A DNA stretch of 64,000 nucleotides from contig WELA01003053.1 in NCBI GenBank assembly GCA_009602735.1, positions 53,298 through 117,297 on the forward strand, written 5' to 3'. This stretch comes from Mesotaenium endlicherianum (lineage: Eukaryota). Below, one piece after another: positions 1 through 10,952 of the stretch. The notes under the pieces are model-generated. The model saw only the letters and a program-made list of their open reading frames with translations, was not told the origin of the DNA and searched no databases. Both the position numbers and the translations under genes were made by a program. Within the stretch, counting starts at the first letter, position 1, and each line of letters begins with the position of its first letter.

Positions 1-2
1 CT

Positions 3-2456
3 GCTATTGCCGCAGTTGCATCACAGCAAGCTGAGGAGGAGAGAGCCAGATTAGAAGCTGAACAATTAGCAAAGGCCGCTGAAGATACAGAAAGGAGGGA
101 AGGACAGCCAGCTGGCGAGCACACTGTTGAAGAACTTATGGCATCAAGGGCCAATGTTCTGAACCCACCTCCTGCTGTACAACTCAATGTATCCCTAGGT
201 CAAATACGTGACCGGCTGAATGCAGCAGGAATTGCTGCTGCAGGAGCGAGAGGGACTGTTGAGGACACTTCTCAGCGAGTAGATGCCAATGCTGCTGCTG
301 CATTTGCTAGACTACCACCCCAGAGTGTAGACTTGGGAGCATTGTTCGTTCAAATGCAGTCGCAAATGGCGACCATGTATCAGTCCCAACAGGAGGTCAA
401 AAGAATCATAATGTCTCTACTGTGGGACAGAGACCAACTAGGGTCTCAAACCACTAGTGGTGGTGGCCGTGGGCCTAGTAAGCCCAAGCCGAAACCTCCC
501 CAGGAATATGATCCTGAGGGAAACAAAAAATATTACCTGATCAAGTTTCTCGCGGATGTTGAGCAGTGGCTGGAGAACTACCCAGAACTGCAAGATTACG
601 AGAAGGTCAGGCACACCGGTGCGCTACTGAAAGGCAGTGCCGCAGACTGGTGGCTTTACTGGAAGGAAGAGCGTAAGGCTCGGCAACTCGGTGACCCTAC
701 GTGGGTAGAGTTTGTCGAGAAGTTGCATGAGAAGTTTGATGTCATCAACCAGCAGGAGAAAGCTATCTATGCGATGATCTCCCTTACACTGAAGCAGACC
801 ACTTCGGTTGCTGAGTTTGCTCAAAAGTTCCAGGAGAACATGATGAAGCAGCCAGACTTGCCAGAACGGTATAGGATAGCATACTTCAGGTATGGCTTGA
901 AATCCGAAGTCTCTGGTCATTTCCCTGAGAAGAAGTGTAAGAAATTGGCTGACTTGATCCAGGATGCTGATGCCTGGGATCAGCAGCAGTTCAATCACAA
1001 GCGCCAGAGTAATGCTTTGGTGTCTAAGATTGTCAGAAAGCCCCACGGTTCCTACAATGCAATTGAAGGAGACCAGGCTGAGGATGATCAGGGTGATGGA
1101 TATGAGTATGAGTATAATGCTATACAGTTTAGATATAGAGGTGGTTTCCCTCGAGGCGGCTATGGAAGAGGTGGTGGTAGGACTAAGCCGAGACCAGCCT
1201 CAGCAAAATGGATTTGCTTCCATTGCCAGCAGCCAGGTCACTTCAGAGAGCAGTGTCCAGACAAGCACCTCCCAAAAGTCGAGAGAAAANAGAAAACACC
1301 AGCCTATAAAAGACAGCAACAGTCAGTAATCCAGTCTACTGACTGTGAGGATGCTAGAGATAGTGAGTCGTCACTAGCTGCCCTCGTAGCAGGTATTATG
1401 GGTCCTGCTGAACTGGATTCACTATACATGCCTGACAACCACATAAAGGAGACCATCAGCAATATAGACATCCAGAGAGTGCACACTGTGGATGCTCTTG
1501 TTCCACCTGATATCCAACATTTCTTTGCTAAGTCAGGAGAACAATGCGAAAGTCAGGAAAAGACAGTCCCCCCTATCCTACTGCATTGCATGATTGCAGG
1601 TAGGAAGGTGAGGGCATTTGTTGACGGAGGAGCGTCACATACTTTTATCCACAAGGACTTAGTTAAGCGGCTAAGGCTGCCTACTGTCACCCAAGGGAAT
1701 AGAAAAATATTCCTTGGAGATGCCTCAAGTATCCCGGGAGGAGTTATAACCAAGCCTATTGAGGTCCAGTTAGGTTCTGGCATTGCAGTTCTAACTGAAA
1801 CGCTTACATTTGAGGTACTCAACACTGGCTTTTATGATCTCGTGCTAGGCAGGTCCTGGCTTAATAGACATCAAGCTGAAGTGTGTTGGAGCAGAGGTAC
1901 AGTTAAAGTGAGAGGAGCCAGTGATGGGCAGACTGACTTGGCACCCACCAGTGCTCTTCCTCTTGTCCTGTGTGGATGGCAAATGAAGGAAAAGAAGAGG
2001 CTTCCAGAAGGATGCAAGTTGCTGAATGCAATGGAGTTCGTCAAAAGCTGGAACCAGAAGGAAGATAGAATGTTCTGTCTGCTGCTAAGAGAGGTACCTC
2101 CTCAACCTGAAGAAGTGGTGGAGAAAAAGGTAAGCCCTCCGGAGCACCCTACTGCTGCAAAAATTGTTGGGCAGTACACGGATGTATTTAATATGCCTCC
2201 AGGACTACCCCCTAAGAGGGAAGTAGATCATAAGATTGATTTATTACCTGGGAGTCAACCACCTTGGCAACGCACGTATGGCTTGTCTTATGTGGAGAGC
2301 GAGGAGTTGAAAACACAGATTGCAGAGCTTGAGGAAAATGGTTATATTTCATTCAGTAAATCACCTTACGGCGCACCCATCCTATTTTTGTTTAAAAAAA
2401 AAATGGCAGTATGCGGATGTGTGTGGATTACAGAGCCCTTAACAAAATTACGGTAA
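3..2456 (+). pseudogene. Gypsy gag + aspartic protease + start of RT; frame is open from the window edge
   Basis: Retrotrans_gag-like LKGSAADWW...W.EF; CCHC knuckle CFHCQQPGHFREQC; protease site FVDGGAS and DLVLGRSWL; RT start PPKREVDHKIDL...SPYGAPILF; frame lost in the A10 run at 2394-2403; no stop between nt 3 and the ATG at 138. Confidence 0.92.
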
Positions 2457-5109
2457 AGAACAAGTATGCTTTACCCAGAATCGAGGACTTGCTTGATACC
2501 CTGTCTGGTGTTAAGGTGTTCAGTAAGATGGATCTCAAGAGTGGTTATCATCAAATCAGAATTGCTGAGGGGGATGAACACAAGACTGCCGTCCGCACAC
2601 GTTATGGACACTGTGAGTTCAATGTGATGCCATTTGGACTGAGTAATGCTCCTGCGACCTTCATGGGTGCTATGAATGACGTTTTCAAACCTTATTTGGA
2701 TAAGTTTGTGCAAGTTTTCCTGGATGATATTTTAATTTTCTCTAAAGATGAAGCTCTGCACGCTGAACACTTAAAGACAGTCATGGACACTCTGAGAAGA
2801 AGTCACTTATATGCTAAAATGAGCAAGTGTGATTTCTTTAAGGGAAGTATTGAATTTTTGGGCCACGTTGTTAGTAAAGAGGGCAACAGTGTGGATCCTA
2901 AGAAAGTCCAGACCATAAGGGACTGGCCAGTACCACAGTCTGTCTCTGAAGTAAAGTCCTTCCTCGGGTTGGCTAACTACTATAAGAGATTTATTGAGAA
3001 TTATTCCACAAAGGCCAGTAAACCGATTGACCTTACTAAGAAAGACATAGGCTATGCGTGGGGGGAAGAACAGCAGGCTGCCTTCCAGACCCTTAAAGAT
3101 GCCCTTTGTTTTGCCCCAGTGCTAGCCGTGTATGACCCCAGCAAACCGGTGCAGGTGGTCACTGATGCCTCTGACTTTGCCATGGGTGCTATTTTGTAGC
3201 AGCCTGCTGACAAAACCACAAAGGATGGTAAGGTACGGCAGGAGTGGCACCCTGTGTTGTACGAGTCTATGAAATTTAATCCAACAAAGATTAATTACTC
3301 AGTGCATGATAAAGAGCTGCTAGCTATCATTCATGCGCTCAAATAGTGGAGAGCATACTTACATGGTAAAGCTTTTAAGGTGATTACAGATCATCTAGCT
3401 CTGACTCACTTTCAAAAGAAATCCAAGCTGTCAAGGAGGGAGAACCGCTGGAGCCAGATGCTGGAGCACTTTCAAGTCCAAATCGACTACAAACCAGGGA
3501 AGTTGAATCCTGCTGCAGTCTCTAGAAGACCTGACTTGCAAGAAAGAAACTTTAGTCAGCATGCTGTAGATAAAGTCCTGTGTGCACTCACTTCACTAAA
3601 GGTGAAAAAGTCCTTCCTTGAACAACTTAGGAAAGCCTACCTTTATGACCCAACATTTGAGCCCAGCCCCACTACTGGTGTGTGTCGTGCTACTGCACTC
3701 GGGTATACACTTAAGGGAGGGGTCTGGGTGAATGAAAGCACTTCAGGCAGGCTGAAGCTGGTCATTCCTAATAACTTGGAAATAAGGTCCCTTTTATTGA
3801 GTCAAGCACATGACAGTTTGCTGGGTGAACATTTGGGGCAGGCCAAAACTGTTGGCAAATTGGCAAAACATTATCATTGGGAGGGGTTGCCCCGTGAGGT
3901 CTTGAAATATGTGAAGTCCTGTGATCAGTGTCAAAGCAATCTCGGCACACACCACCGGGAGGTCTCTTGCAACCGCTGCCCATTCCAGCGGGACGCTGAA
4001 AAACTATATCCATGGACTTGGTGGTCACACTGCCACAAACTGCTAATGGGCATGATTCGATACTGGTAGTCGTGGATAAGCTGACAAAAATGGTCATTTT
4101 CATCCCCACAACTGTCAAAGTAACTGCACTCAAAACAGCGAGACAGTTCTACAACCATGTAGTATGCCAACATGGGCTACCCTCTAATATCATCTCAGAC
4201 CGCGACTCAAAATTTACCTCTAAGTTCTGGAGAGCTTTAATGGGGTTAATGGGAGTCAAACAGCTGCTCAGCACAGCAAACCACCCTCAGATCGATGGGC
4301 AGACTGTAAGAACTAACCGAGTTCTGCAGGAGGTGCTGAGAGCATGTATTAACCAAAAACAAGATAATGGGGATGACCTGTTGCCTCAAATTCAGTTTGC
4401 GGTCCACAATGCGGTGCACGCGTCAACGAGCAAGACTCCTTTTGAACTCAGCCTGGGTAGAGCCCCGAAGTCTCCTTTAGGTGTACTGGGGGAGTCTTTT
4501 ACTCACCCTAAAAGGATTGACAATCTGTTCTCCCTCCAATTAACTCAGGAGTTTGCTGACACCCTGTCAGAAGTCCAAAAAAACCTGCACAAAGCCCAAG
4601 AAAACCAACAAAAATACGCTAATCAACACCGTCGGGAGCTGTCATTTTCTAAGGGCGATTTAGTCAAACTGCATTCTCCGCACCTGTACCTCCCTGGTGG
4701 GGTCAAGAAAAAGCTTGGCCCTGTCTGGGTCGGTCCATATTTGATAGTGCGTCGTGTCGGTTAGAATGCTTACAAACTGAACATGTCAGCGGACTACAAG
4801 GGTCACCCGGTCTTTAATGTCTCCTTCTATGAACCATACATAAAAGGTGATACACTGTTCACAGGTCGGTTACCTGTCCAACTGGGACCGGTCCTCGCTG
4901 TTCGGGACGGCGATCCTGAGGAATATGAGGTCGATGAGATTTTAGACGCTCGCTCGGTCTCTCGATCGTCTAAATATGTCATGAAGTACCTCATCCGATG
5001 GAAGGGTTACGATGCCTCTGGGGACACTTGGGAGTTTAAAGACCAGCTGACGAATGCCAAAGGGGCGTTGAAACGGTTCCACCTTTGGGTGCCTGGGGCA
5101 CCGCCCTAA
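2411..5109 (+). pseudogene. Gypsy pol: RT, RNase H, integrase, GPY motif and C-terminal chromodomain (interrupted)
   Basis: [55 protein letters not shown] with the catalytic E changed (GQTVRTN); GPY; chromodomain EYEVDEILDAR...YLIRWKGYDASGDTWE; TAG stops at 3197, 3344, 4762; frameshift near 3950-4010. Confidence 0.95.
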
Positions 5110-5136
5110 CTGTCCCTTCAGTAGACATGGGAAGGT

Positions 5137-5173
5137 GACAGGAGGTCCTGTCTCCATATAAGTTGGAGGGGGA
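5137..5173 (+). promoter_or_regulatory. Stem-loop plus polypurine tract (PPT) of element A
   Basis: gacagg-aggt-cctgtc hairpin, then ataagttggaggggga immediately before TG at 5174, shortly after the pol stop. Confidence 0.8.
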
Positions 5174-5436
5174 TGTGACAGTTAGTGACAGTTGTGACGG
5201 GCAGCCCACCTTTAAAATTAAGTTGGAGAGAGTGGTATTCTGTTTCGGGATCAGCCGGAAAATCTCTGATCACCATATTACACACTCAACCGGCGCTCAC
5301 ACTCACTTTCTCTCTAACTCAATTTTCCCTTGTATTCACTCACACCAGGTATTTCACACTAGGAACTCTCTCGATCGCGTTCCTCTTCATCAAAGGCACT
5401 CAGTAGCGGCAAAATATCATGACTTCACTAACTGCA
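5174..5436 (+). repeat. Putative short (~263 bp) 3' LTR of element A
   Basis: Starts TGTGACAGTTAGTGA right after the PPT; ends TCACTAACTGCA, a 10-bp perfect inverted match (cagttagtga/tcactaactg) plus CA; no partner LTR in the window to confirm. Confidence 0.55.
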
Positions 5437-7156
5437 TTGTGTTTATGATTGAGCAGGATAACTCAGAAGTCGGAACTCAAGAGGAAGAGAAGGGCGGAAG
5501 AGGCACATGCAGAATACTTGCAATTTCGTGGAGACATCGAATCATCCTCCATCTTCGCTCGGGAATCACAACGACTCCAACAACAGCGGGAGGCACAGAA
5601 GAAGAAGGAGGAGGAGGACCAGGCCAGACTGAGGCAGGAAGAATTGGACAGAATAGCCGCAGAGGAGGCCAAGAAAGCAGAGGAGGAGAGGCAAGCTGAA
5701 GAGAGGCGGAAGCAGCAGGTTGAAGAAGAAGAACAGAGGAGAATCAGCAGCTACCGCCGCTACACAGTGCTGGGCAAGGGCTTTGATTCACTGGAGGAGG
5801 CCTTCAAGTATGCTTAGAGAAGTCGCAGTGAGTCGCAGAAGGAAATCCTCCAGAGGGAAGGGGAGACATCCGAAAACTTTGACAAGTATATAGAGGTCAG
5901 GACGGGGCTCCTACCACGATTACGCCAGGATGGTAGCATATACGGTCAGAGAGGCCAAGGCAATGGCCCAGGTGAACAAAGCAGGGGCTGTCTCAATTCC
6001 TGGTATCTGGGGGGAAGATAGGGTCATTAGGATGATCCCCATGGACGCGGACAGCTTTAAGGACTCAACACCCCATAACAGGTTCAAGGCCATGTATAAT
6101 GAGGCGGAGAGAAGGAGCTGGGAATTCTTGGCCAGGGAAACCAGTCAGCTAGACTTTGCAAGGCACTGGTACCCTTGTACTCTTAAAAGGACAGACCCTG
6201 CCTTCTTCCAAAGGCCCACCGATTGGCGGTGGATGACCAGCAACATGAGGGACCAGCAGAATGACAGGGCGACGGATGAGGATTTCCTGACAGATCTAAA
6301 GGGAAACATAGTATTGCCCCTTCACATTGCGGCTTGGGACCCAAGATTGGATGGAGTCAGAGACTGCATGAGCCAAGAGATGCAGGGGGACAGAAGCAGG
6401 GCCCGAGAGTCATTCTCAAAAGGGAAGCACGCTTATGCCAAATGGGCAAGCAAGCAGGGGGAAAAGGACCTCTATGCGGTCCGGACTCAGCAGCCCCCAC
6501 CAGCACCCAAAAGGGGAAGGTCAGTAGGATATTCTTTTTCTCGGGAAGAGCTGGAGCAGCTGACAGAAGAGACCCCAGAAGTCTCAGAGGAACTCGGGGA
6601 CGGCAAGGAGGAGGAGTCAGAGGAAGACGAGGAGGAAGGCGAGGAGGAGGACACTAGCCCCGCCGTGATCCTGACACCTGCCACATCCCCTGTAAGGGAG
6701 AAGACGGGGTTGGCCCTGCAGCAACTCGCTGAAGAGGAGGATATCACTTGGCTGGGAACTGCCAGAGGACAGGACCCATCTCCAGGCACGGAGACCGAGT
6801 CAGACCGGGCAGACAGGAGGGCTGCTAGAGAAATAGCTAGAGGCCTGCCGGCATCTCCCTCGCAGAGAGGGCATGTACCCTTAGCTCATGTCATGCAACA
6901 TCGTTCTGAGATGCCGGTATATGTACCTGTCAGTTTGAGGGCTGCCCAGGAAAAGGCTGCCTCCCTTCAGTTGCAGACTGTGCAGGAGGAAACAACCCAG
7001 AACTGCGTTCTCCGCAGGGCCCCTACGCGGATCTCCCAGGCTTTAGGAGACCCCAAGACAGGAGGAGGTCTGGCTCCCCTGAGTATAGGGCCTCAGGGAC
7101 ATCTCCCTCCTAATGGCAGTAGGCTGGGGACGGAAGGGACAGCACGCTGTTATTAG
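5419..7156 (+). pseudogene. Orphan accessory ORF (~580 codons, two stops and one frameshift) in the 3' region of an LTR element
   Basis: ATG 5419 is in frame with ORF 5449-5817 (E/R/Q/K coiled coil); reads past TAG 5815 and shifts near 5925 into ORF 5930-7156 (Trp-rich ordered segment, PKRGR, acidic tract, low-complexity tail); no gag, RT, env or YR motif recognised. Confidence 0.6.
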
Positions 7157-7162
7157 TGTTAG

Positions 7163-7198
7163 TGTTGTCGAGGCGACAACAGGATAAGTTGGAGGGAT
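7163..7198 (+). promoter_or_regulatory. Second stem-loop plus PPT
   Basis: Perfect 8-bp hairpin tgttgtcg-agg-cgacaaca, then ataagttggagggat; 13 nt (7184-7196) identical to 5158-5170. Confidence 0.8.
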
Positions 7199-7919
7199 TG
7201 TAATGAATCAGTATATTGGTTGATATAATATTCATTCAAATATAACAGTTATATAAGTTCAGCTTGCTGAACTCTAGTTAATAATCAGTCTGCTGGACTT
7301 TATATTTAATATCAGTTAAATTTCTGAGCCGGAATGGAGCAGGCTGAAGTCAGCTTAAGTCAGCTTGCTGACACATTCTTTGACAGCCAGCTGACTTCCG
7401 TACTCGGTAGCAGCGAACTGCCTCGATATGCATCTAAGTGTGGTATGCTAGATGAATGGCCAGATGACATCCCTATGATGGATGGCGATTCGGGATGATG
7501 GGAGATGGCGGTGGATTTGGTTAACCGAGGTCCTACCAACGTGGTTAACTCCCGGGTAGGCGGTGCCATCGCACTGGCCGTTGAACAGTAAACTCATTCC
7601 ATGTACGTATGCTAGGCATTGCTCTCGAGTTCGGCATTCGGAAACGAGGCCAACTCTCTTGTACAGCTTACTGAGAGGGATCTGAATCCAAGGCGAGAAG
7701 CCATGGATACGCATCGTCTTCTAAACTTGCTTATGTATGAGTCTACTGATTGCATTATTGATGCTAGTTTACTCACATTTGATTTACGAGTGTTGTTCAC
7801 TGCTAGTGTGTTGTCCTTTTGCCGTTTAATCAGTTAACGGAAAATCCATAAAGATTACTTTCTGATATAAAGATCTTTATTAATTGTTAATCGCCTATTT
7901 GATAAGTTGATTCATTTCA
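7199..7919 (+). repeat. 721-bp 3' LTR (element B)
   Basis: TGTAATGAATCA...TGATTCATTTCA inverted termini (11/12 match), preceded by a PPT; DIRS RT coding sequence resumes right after 7919. Confidence 0.85.
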
Positions 7920-8622
7920 TAGTGAATAGGAAGAAGGCTCAGCTGGCAATGACAAGGATTATAAAAATTTTGGGGGTCATTTTAGACACCAGAAATTTGT
8001 GGGTGTACATTGACAAAGAGAGAAAAGAGAAACTAATGAAAACTATAGCAAGCATTCAGGAGAAGGGAGCAGCTGGGTACCCAGTCCCAGTGGAGGACAT
8101 AGCAAGGGTAGCAGGATAGGTCTCAATGAAGGTAGCATTTGGGGCCATGACAGGCACTTACACTAGATATATGTTTGAATCCATCAACACATGGGTGAAG
8201 AAAAAAGAAGACTGGGGTAGTTATTGCTATGTTTCTATAGGGATGGAAGAAGAAATGGCATTCTGGCAGGAGGCATTTGACAAGTTTAATGGGTCCCCCA
8301 TGAAATTGCACATTACCCCACAGCTACTGCTTTATGTAGATGCTTCAGAAGATGGGTGGGGAGGGATCCTGATAGATGTCTACTTTAAGGAAAGATGGCA
8401 AATGAAGAGAAAGTTAACGGACTGTTTTCTGGGAACTTCTTCAACTAAGAGAGAATTTGAGGGGCTATATGCAGCTCTGTTCACTTGCTCATAAGGGAAA
8501 AGCAAATCCTAGTCAGAGCAGATCATCAGGCTTTATAGTACATCTTAAAGAGAGGAGGACCTTCAAAACCTAACATTCAGAAGAGCACTACGAACATATT
8601 CAACCTAGCCAGAGAGAAGCGC
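7920..8622 (+). pseudogene. DIRS RT C-terminus and RNase H
   Basis: IVNRKK..L...IKILGVILDT; RNase H YVDASEDGWGG, SSTKREF, RADHQAL; TAG at 8117 and a frameshift near 8494. Confidence 0.85.
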
Positions 8623-10185
8623 ATGGGACTAATGGTGGAATGGCTCCCAAGGGAGCAGAATCAAGAGGCAGACTATCTGTTCAAAATCAGGAAAATGGAT
8701 GACTTCATTTTGAGGCCTGAATGCTTTGACAGACTACAAAGGTTATGGGGCCCACACTCAGTGGACAGATTTGCATCACCTAACAATACAAAGGTGAAAA
8801 GATTCAATGCAAAATTCTTGCATAAGGGATCTGAAGGCACAGATGCCTTCACATGCAACTGGGCAGGGGAAAATAACTACTGTTTTCCCCCTCCCCAAAT
8901 GGTTTTGGCAGTTATTGCTCATGCTTGGAGGTGCAGAGCAGAGTGTACTCTGATACTGTTAAGGTGGAAGAGTGCTAGCTGGTGGCCAACCTTGCAGCCA
9001 GCCCAAGATACATGGCTACCCCAAGTAAAGGAGGTAACTACTTTGCGACACAGCAGGTTTGTGCTAACTCCAGGCACTGACTCCAAGGCTTTCGGCATTG
9101 AGACTAGGAGTGTGAGTATAATCTGTTGGTTGGCAGATGCCATACTAGCAATGGACCCTGAGTGTGCGTTCCTCCAGAGGAAAAGGATGGAGACATCCTT
9201 TGACTCCATCAGTCAAAACACCCTCAAGACTTACAACCTATACTGGAAGAGGTTCAAAGAGTGGTGCAAGGAGAAGGGACTCAGAGAACTACCTGCATCT
9301 CAGCTAGTAGCCATGACTCACATGCAGCGCTTATACACATCAGGAATGACCATCTCAGTCTTCAATTTGTCTGCTGCTTCGATAGGAACAGTGCACGGGT
9401 TGCTCAAGCAACCCAACCCTTCGTTAGGAGATGAACTAAAAATAATGAGAGAAGCTGCCAGCAGGACTCTACCTAAGCCTAAAAACACTAAGATGCCTCT
9501 CTCCCTCTCAAAGATCTCTGAGATACTGGCATGGTATGCCAGAGATGGTGCAACTTTGAGTGAGATCATGAAGGCAGTAGCCATAGTGCTGATGTACTAT
9601 GGCTGCTTGAGGTACTCTGATCTAGCACAAGTCAAGATTCAGGAGGTCAAGCTTGAGGAAATGGCAGGAGCAAAGGCTATATTCCTCTAGTTAGCCAAGG
9701 CCAAGAATGATCAGCATGGGCTGGGCAAATGGGTAACCATCTGCCACACATCAGGGAGATGGTCCCCAGTCAGGCTCTGCTGCAGGCTGATGACCACGGC
9801 TCTAGCATACAAGGAGGGTGAACATTTCACACAAGAAGTGACTCAGTCAGGTGAGCTAGCAGGGCAAGTTCCATCCTACCAGTTGATCGGGTCTTGGTGC
9901 CTAGAATGCTCTGCCTTGGTAGGCATTTCTGCACAGGAAGCAGGAACACACTCTCTTAGAAAGTCGGCTGCTACTGCTGCTGCTAACTTGGGAGTGTCTG
10001 ATAGAATGCTGAATGAGTTAGGGAGGTGGAAATTTGAACAAGTCAAAAATGCTTATATTGTTGATTTGAATAAATCTATGCTAGCTGCAGCCCAAACTAA
10101 TGACTTACCAGATGAGCCTCACTTGGGTCCATATTCCCATGATGAGCTCAAGTCAGCCTTCACTAGAAAAATAGCTAGAAAGTAG
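8623..10185 (+). pseudogene. End of RNase H + N6-adenine methyltransferase-like domain + tyrosine recombinase in one frame (one internal TAG at 9688)
   Basis: WLPREQNQEADYL; MT motifs VDRFAS..N, DAF..NW, NYCFPP, W...SWW; YR motifs TLKTY...W..F..WC, GCLRYSD, KAKNDQ, HSLRK, LGRW, AY. Confidence 0.88.
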
Positions 10186-10952
10186 ATACATGAAAGTCAG
10201 AAGGCTTTGGTAATCCACAAAAATACCTTCCATGAGAAAAGAGTGTTCCTCCTTTTTAATGAGTAGCAGCTGACCTGCATGATACCTATCCTGCACACTC
10301 TCCTGCCCTAAAACCCAACTTTTTCTTTCCTCCCACTAACTCACCCCTTTCTTCTCCCTGCACTATGTATCTCATTGTGCACTTTTCTCTCTACTACTTT
10401 TATTCTGATAAAGCCCCACTCTATCTCATATTTCTCTATCTCTCTTTATATAAAGAAAATTATCTTCTTTACATACTATATAAGAAATTACTACTATACT
10501 ATAGAAGTACATTACAATATATTTTCTATGTCTTTACTTAAATAATAATTTTCAATAGAGAGAAAATTGCAATATTAAACCTGCAATCCTACTATAGATA
10601 TAGTTTGAAGAGGTAGATACATAAAAAGCCGCGAAGATATCAAATTTGTACCGTTCAGTAAGACTTGCTGGCATATAGGATAGGCGACGAAAATGGTATG
10701 TGATATCAATTACTTCAAGTGGCTTGAAGTCACTTAAAGCCATCGAAATCATGAAGCTTTGTTGGCGAGGCAAACCAATTACTGGTTGAAAGCTGAAGCT
10801 GTAACAGCATGGTTGTCGTCAGGCTTAGTTAAGCAGCATGGTATCCCGTTAAGAGAGGTCATGAATAACAAAAACTGATCGGGTTCTTATCTTGCACGTT
10901 TGTATGAAGCCGTATCATCGTAAGAAGCCGAAGCCGGTTGTGAGAGCTCAGC

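Larger units (their letters stand above)
1..5436 (+). mobile_element. Ty3/Gypsy chromovirus LTR retrotransposon (element A), degenerate; 5' end outside window
   Basis: Domain order gag-PR-RT-RH-INT-chromodomain, followed by a polypurine tract and a TG-starting LTR-like segment; several stops and frameshifts. Confidence 0.93.
7920..10550 (+). mobile_element. DIRS-type tyrosine-recombinase retrotransposon, 3' half (degenerate; right end approximate)
   Basis: Successive RT C-terminus, RNase H, Dam-like methyltransferase and tyrosine recombinase domains, followed by a pyrimidine/AT-rich tail. Confidence 0.88.

Noticed and set aside
2391..2403. TTTAAAAAAAAAA as a programmed ribosomal frameshift
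   Set aside because: It lies inside RT at the conserved KKKDG motif, not at the gag/pol boundary; homopolymer slippage or sequencing error is more likely
5419..7156. Orphan ORF as the gag of the downstream DIRS element
   Set aside because: A PPT and a complete TG...CA LTR separate it from the DIRS RT, which resumes mid-domain; the ORF lies inside the LTR element
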